DNA of 64,000 nucleotides from a virus (lineage: Duplodnaviria; Heunggongvirae; Uroviricota; Caudoviricetes): IMG/VR virus record IMGVR_UViG_3300047470_000520. One strand, written 5' to 3'. The notes under the pieces are model-generated. The model saw only the letters and a list, made by a program, of their open reading frames with translations, was not told the DNA's origin and did not search any database. Each line of letters opens with the position of its first letter. Position 1 is the first letter of the stretch. A program made the translations under genes and the position numbers. Shown one piece after another: positions 59,914 to 64,000 of this stretch.

Positions 59914-60911
59914 GGTTGGTGCAAGAGAGTCAGCGAACAACTGGGGGAGTCGAGAGGCCTACCCCCAGCAGAAGGCGATCACCACTAATGCAGCGGCGTA
60001 CAGGCCAATACCCAGTATTTTGTATTTCGACGGCCACCTTGCGAAGAAGTGTATGTACCCCGGCATAATCAAAAGTCCCAGCCGAATCAGAATGTCGGTC
60101 ATAACCATCACCTTCGTTTATTGGTTTGAAGTTATAGCCTGGGATTCTGTTGAGGCCGCGCCCGCCTTGGCTTCATCATTACCGACATTGGTTTCCGTGA
60201 TGTAGATGGCGGCCACGATGCATCCAGCCGTCCAAAGCGCTTGATATTTATAGTGGCTCTTTGTGAAGGCGTTGATGCAAAACGGAATGAATCCGATGCA
60301 GATAACTAAAAATGTGTTCATGGAACACCTTAAGGAATTTTGTTTTTGATTGGCTGCGTTGCTAAGTCAGAGATTCTGATAGCCTTAACCGCCTTGGGTG
60401 GTTGTGATACATCGACTGACGTGGTCTGTACCGCAGGGACGCTCGAGGGCTTTACCTCTTCGTTGACCTTCCCATTTTTAATAACCACCATCATAAATAG
60501 GCCGGCGACACTACCTATAAGTGTTTTTATGAGGCACTCAAGCATGATTGTCCTTAATTACGCTGTGGGCGTTAGTAGGTTGATTATTGGTCGCGTACGT
60601 TATTGGTGCGTCTGATTTATTGGCGAATGACAAATTGTCCATACTGGTGCAGACAGCCAACCCAAAAACGGAACTAAGGAACGACAGATGTCTGCATGGC
60701 ATTTTATCTTATCCTGATTTTTGTCCAGCAATGCGCCAATCACAATGGCATGACCCATAAGTGAGCATTCCATGCGTTTATTGTGCCAAATATACGCCAT
60801 AAAAAATGTAAATCAATACATCAAAAAATCACTTCCCCACCATGGAAAATATGTCATTCTGTAGTTACGTGCCGTTATATGGCTAACGGCATCGAATAAG
60901 AGGTCGTTTTC

Positions 60912-61409
60912 ATGAAACATGACACTTATGCAGCAAACGTGGTGAAGTACGATTTTCACAACCATGTCGCCATCGAGTCGATGGCCACAGCCCTGAGGGA
61001 ATTCGAACAAGAACATATCAACGCACTCACCCGCCAATATTCGACCATTCACCATGATCACAACGACCTGATCAGGTGGGGCCTTTCGCTCGAAACTGAG
61101 CACCAGCGGCTTTTCTTCGACGCCGACGAACTCTCTCACCTTAACCATCTGCGCCGAACCTCGATGACCTCCGCCCAAGTGCGACAGGCCCTGGGCTGCA
61201 CCTACCATGAACTCAATCAGTGGGACGCAGACGGCTCGCTACCGCATGCCTTCACCGAGACCATTCCGACGCCGCGCAAGGATGACCAGATGCGTCTATG
61301 GATGCGCCACGACGTTCAGGAATTCAGGCGTAAGGTCGAGGACAAGCGCCGCTCAGATGACCTGAAGCGCCGGTTTTTGAACACAAAAAACCCGCTTAAG
61401 CTTGTTTGA
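60912..61409 (+). CDS. Hypothetical protein (165 aa)
   Basis: ORF only. No recognisable domain. Confidence 0.45.
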   Translation: MKHDTYAANVVKYDFHNHVAIESMATALREFEQEHINALTRQYSTIHHDHNDLIRWGLSLETEHQRLFFDADELSHLNHLRRTSMTSAQVRQALGCTYHELNQWDADGSLPHAFTETIPTPRKDDQMRLWMRHDVQEFRRKVEDKRRSDDLKRRFLNTKNPLKLV

Positions 61410-61533
61410 GTCACGTTAACGACACCAGGGCAGGGCGATAATCTCGCCCTGTTCGCTTTTCTGCACCCGGCACCCTGTGTACTTCCCGATGGCGCACCTG
61501 GCAAAATCAGTGAATACCTATGGGGAAGTTTTC

Positions 61534-62133
61534 ATGCAAATTGACAGTCGAGTGACCAGCGCCAGCCTCAAGACAATCCGCGCAGGGCTCAAGGACAAGA
61601 CCTTGACCCTCGGTTTTCACGGATCGAACGACTACATCCAGGACTTCACCACGGACAAGATTGGCTTGGGTGGCGATGGCAACTCGTCCCTTGGACTGTT
61701 CACGACCGAAATCCCCGAGAAGGCCGCTGAGTACGCCGAAATCGCCAGGGAGCAGGTGGAACAGGACGAGTCCTATATTCATGTCCTGATCATCCCGACA
61801 CGCAAGACCTATGAGGTCGCCGACTTTGCAGAAATGTTCGAGCCCGAGGGCGTCACCGACCGGAAAGCTCACTTCGCTGCTGTGAGAGAGTCGCTCATTC
61901 TGCAAGGCTACGATTCGGCTTCTTACGAGGACGGTGAGGACGTGATGATGATCAGCCTGCTGCCGGAACAGGTGCAGATCCTGGGCGTTCTAACCGAGGA
62001 TGAGTGCTATGAGCTCGACGAGGACTGCTCCTGTCGGTGCGACGGCGTGAAGATGCTGAAGCTGCTGATGAAAGGCATGCCGCTGGTGGCGAAGGCGTGG
62101 TCTGCTCATGAAGAAGATTCGCTGTCCCGATAA
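61534..62133 (+). CDS. Hypothetical protein (199 aa), acidic with Cys-rich C-terminus
   Basis: ATG with a GGGAAG RBS. ...DECYELDEDCSCRCDG... Confidence 0.5.
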   Translation: MQIDSRVTSASLKTIRAGLKDKTLTLGFHGSNDYIQDFTTDKIGLGGDGNSSLGLFTTEIPEKAAEYAEIAREQVEQDESYIHVLIIPTRKTYEVADFAEMFEPEGVTDRKAHFAAVRESLILQGYDSASYEDGEDVMMISLLPEQVQILGVLTEDECYELDEDCSCRCDGVKMLKLLMKGMPLVAKAWSAHEEDSLSR

Positions 62134-62201
62134 GGCTGGCTCATTGACACGAAGCTGGTTAATGGTATACTGGCGGTATATCGTTAATGGAAGACCTGAC
62201 C

Positions 62202-62777
62202 ATGAATCTGCTTGAAGCCGCCAAGCGTGTTGACCGCTCCGAATGGAACAAAAGCTGTGCCGATTTTGACGAGCTGTGTACGGAGCTCAATTACCAGGCC
62301 AGTCAATACAACTGGGACGGTTTTCAGGCAGAGGTCACGGAGTTTTGGCTCCATAAGCGGCTGGTAAGCTTCGACACCGATGTCGGGGTATCGGTCGGCG
62401 TGATTGGTGGTGAAGTCGTTTACATTCGTACCGTGACAGGTCGCAGGTCGCCCGTACAGTATGCGTTTGTCTCCGAGGTTACTGCTGAGCGGGTGCTGCA
62501 AGCCATCAAGCGTCACTGTACGGATCGTTTGCCAGTGACCCTGCTGAATCACGCCATGGACATTGATGACTTCTACAGAGCAAGTCATGGTGAGGAGATT
62601 CAGGTCGAGAAAGGTTTCCACAATGGCGTCCCGGTCACCCATAACCTGAAGGCTGGCTGGCAGAGTTTGAATGGCCGTGATATTTTCGTCCTAATTGACG
62701 AGACGCAGGAAAAGATCACCATTCCCTGCACCGAATTCATGATGCCATTGCATTTGGCACCGACTGAGCCTCTTTAA
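62202..62777 (+). CDS. Hypothetical protein (191 aa)
   Basis: ATG with a GGAAGA RBS. The ORF extends to 62187. Confidence 0.5.
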   Translation: MNLLEAAKRVDRSEWNKSCADFDELCTELNYQASQYNWDGFQAEVTEFWLHKRLVSFDTDVGVSVGVIGGEVVYIRTVTGRRSPVQYAFVSEVTAERVLQAIKRHCTDRLPVTLLNHAMDIDDFYRASHGEEIQVEKGFHNGVPVTHNLKAGWQSLNGRDIFVLIDETQEKITIPCTEFMMPLHLAPTEPL

Positions 62778-62779
62778 AA

Positions 62780-63142
62780 ATGATCAATTCTGGACTGGTG
62801 CCTGGTGCATCTGCTGTTGTTCTGCTGATGCGCCGCAACCTGAACATCGACCTCACCGACTCTCAGGCCAACAAGCTGTGGGTCGAGGTTCGCAAGGATC
62901 TGCTGAGCAAAGGCAAGTTCATGGCGGTACTCAAGGCGCAGCGCAGCTACTTCGGTAAGGTTGAAGCGGCTTTTGAGGTCGACTTGTATGAGTCGATGGG
63001 CATGGTCATGGGGCAGGGTGCCTGGCCGGTGCCGGTGAATGGCGTTATCGAAGCCTCTCCTTTCCTAGCCAACCTCGGTACGTACATCGCGCAGCATGGC
63101 TACAAGATAGCGCCAGCCCCGATCAGCCAAATGGCCGGCTAA
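62780..63142 (+). CDS. Hypothetical protein (120 aa)
   Basis: ORF tightly packed after the upstream stop. Confidence 0.45.
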   Translation: MINSGLVPGASAVVLLMRRNLNIDLTDSQANKLWVEVRKDLLSKGKFMAVLKAQRSYFGKVEAAFEVDLYESMGMVMGQGAWPVPVNGVIEASPFLANLGTYIAQHGYKIAPAPISQMAG

Positions 63143-63173
63143 GCTGGTTGTTCAAATTACCTGAGTCGCCGAC

Positions 63174-63437
63174 ATGAATCGCATCCCCAAGATGACCGAA
63201 GCGCAGTACCTGGCAAAGCTCGAGGCGATTGGCCTCTCTGAAGAGCAGACACGGCTAATCACCGATGTTATCGACGAGATGCTACAGCCGATCAATGCCA
63301 AGGCTCATATTGCGGCGCAGATGCCTGGTAGCGCGGGGATGCAGATGTATCTGGATGGCAAGGCCGAAGGCATGAACGTGTTGTACAAGTTCTTTGCCAA
63401 AACCTTGCAATACACCGACGAAATCGAACACGACTAG
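63174..63437 (+). CDS. Hypothetical protein (87 aa)
   Basis: ORF only. Confidence 0.4.
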   Translation: MNRIPKMTEAQYLAKLEAIGLSEEQTRLITDVIDEMLQPINAKAHIAAQMPGSAGMQMYLDGKAEGMNVLYKFFAKTLQYTDEIEHD

Positions 63438-63448
63438 GAGGGTCAGCA

Positions 63449-63769
63449 GTGATGAACTCCATGATCTTAATTATGACCATGTTGTTTGTATTATCGATGG
63501 TGATGTCCGCGAATGCCTGCAGCCTTAAGAAAGCAGGCCTGGCTATGCGACTCTTTCGATATGTTATCGGATGCCTTTCGATAGCAGGCGGATGGTTTTT
63601 TGCGACGTTGTTTTGTGCCTACGCAAAGCCGGAATCAGTCAGCATGATCGTATTTCCCTTCATCACCGCCTTGCCTGGGGCTTTGGGCGTTGTGATGGCC
63701 CATTGGATGGATGTGATCGATGCGCAACAGCCGGTCGCTGAAGCCGGTCAAGCCACCGCATCTCGTTAA
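63449..63769 (+). CDS. Small membrane protein (3 predicted TM helices)
   Basis: Hydrophobic segments MILIMTMLFVLSMVM, LSIAGGWFFATLFCAY and IVFPFITALPGALGVVMAHW. Confidence 0.5.
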   Translation: MMNSMILIMTMLFVLSMVMSANACSLKKAGLAMRLFRYVIGCLSIAGGWFFATLFCAYAKPESVSMIVFPFITALPGALGVVMAHWMDVIDAQQPVAEAGQATASR

Positions 63770-63791
63770 AACACGGAAAGGACGTCAAACC

Positions 63792-64000
63792 ATGTCAGGC
63801 ACCAAAGTCATTCAATACTTGATGAAGAAAGTTTGCGTCCTGACGGACGAGCAGGCAGCCGAGTTGTGGGCTGATGTCCGTGCACGGCTGAAAGCCAAGC
63901 GCTGCACGCCTACCATCAAGGAAGTTGAAGCCTGCGCCAGCGGAAACCTTGATACCGCCCCGCGTGATATCACTCAGGACGCACTGGCGTTCGCACTGAC
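63792..64000 (+). CDS. Hypothetical protein, 3'-partial at window edge
   Basis: ATG with AAAGGAC upstream. The ORF stays open to the end of the window. Confidence 0.4.
   Translation, partial: MSGTKVIQYLMKKVCVLTDEQAAELWADVRARLKAKRCTPTIKEVEACASGNLDTAPRDITQDALAFAL

Noticed and set aside
59965-60800. Several 47-70-aa hydrophobic ORFs on the minus strand (e.g. 60118-60321, 60330-60545)
   Set aside because: They are short with no clear RBS and no conservation evidence. They may be real small membrane proteins but cannot be supported from sequence alone.

Overview
This 64-kb window is an accessory-type region from a gammaproteobacterium. By eye, KdsA is about 70% identical to E. coli KdsA; YedI/DUF808, an IbpA-like sHSP and a YdhL/DUF1289 homolog are also present. 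Identifiable non-family genes include an IS200-type tnpA, kdsA, a bacterial ERCC4/XPF-family nuclease, DUF808, an ATP-grasp protein and a Lon-like AAA+ ATPase with no protease domain.

About 50 of roughly 95 genes encode proteins that end in the same C-terminal tail, consensus ...[KR]G-x-x-L-E-[DE]-x-[LM]-G-[LMIV]-COOH. I refer to this as the 'LGL tail'. It is appended to at least four unrelated N-terminal domain families:
- Family 1 (2-30123, + strand): 32 tandem genes of about 290 aa. Most are translationally coupled through ATGA/GTGA/TGATG stop-start overlaps. The array is interrupted only by an IS200-kdsA insertion and the ERCC4 nuclease.
- Family 2 (49228-56798, - strand): 12 genes of about 190-200 aa plus one decayed remnant. 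They share the last ~30 aa (F[VI][ED][IV]FG...LP..LA..KG..LE[DE].LGL) with family 1.
- Family 3 (36756-45071, + strand): 4 monocistronic cassettes, each with a near-identical 5' leader and its own terminator. Tails are GLGM, GLGL and SPGM.
- Family 4 (39917-41240): a 2-gene pair ending ...LLSD[QR]LGL.

A 30-aa C-terminal module conserved across unrelated N-domains, and retained in N-terminally truncated copies, looks like a shared targeting, secretion, modification or degradation tag. No such system is annotatable from sequence alone. No secretion machinery is present in the window.

Candidate partner genes embedded among the tail genes are the ATP-grasp ligase (RimK and TTL are precedents for C-terminal protein modification), the orphan AAA+ ATPase and a block of small unknown genes. 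The window also shows insertion flanked by direct repeats, gene-tail relics, scrambled tail remnants and a conserved promoter-like element (TGTACY-N18-CATAAT) inside the array.
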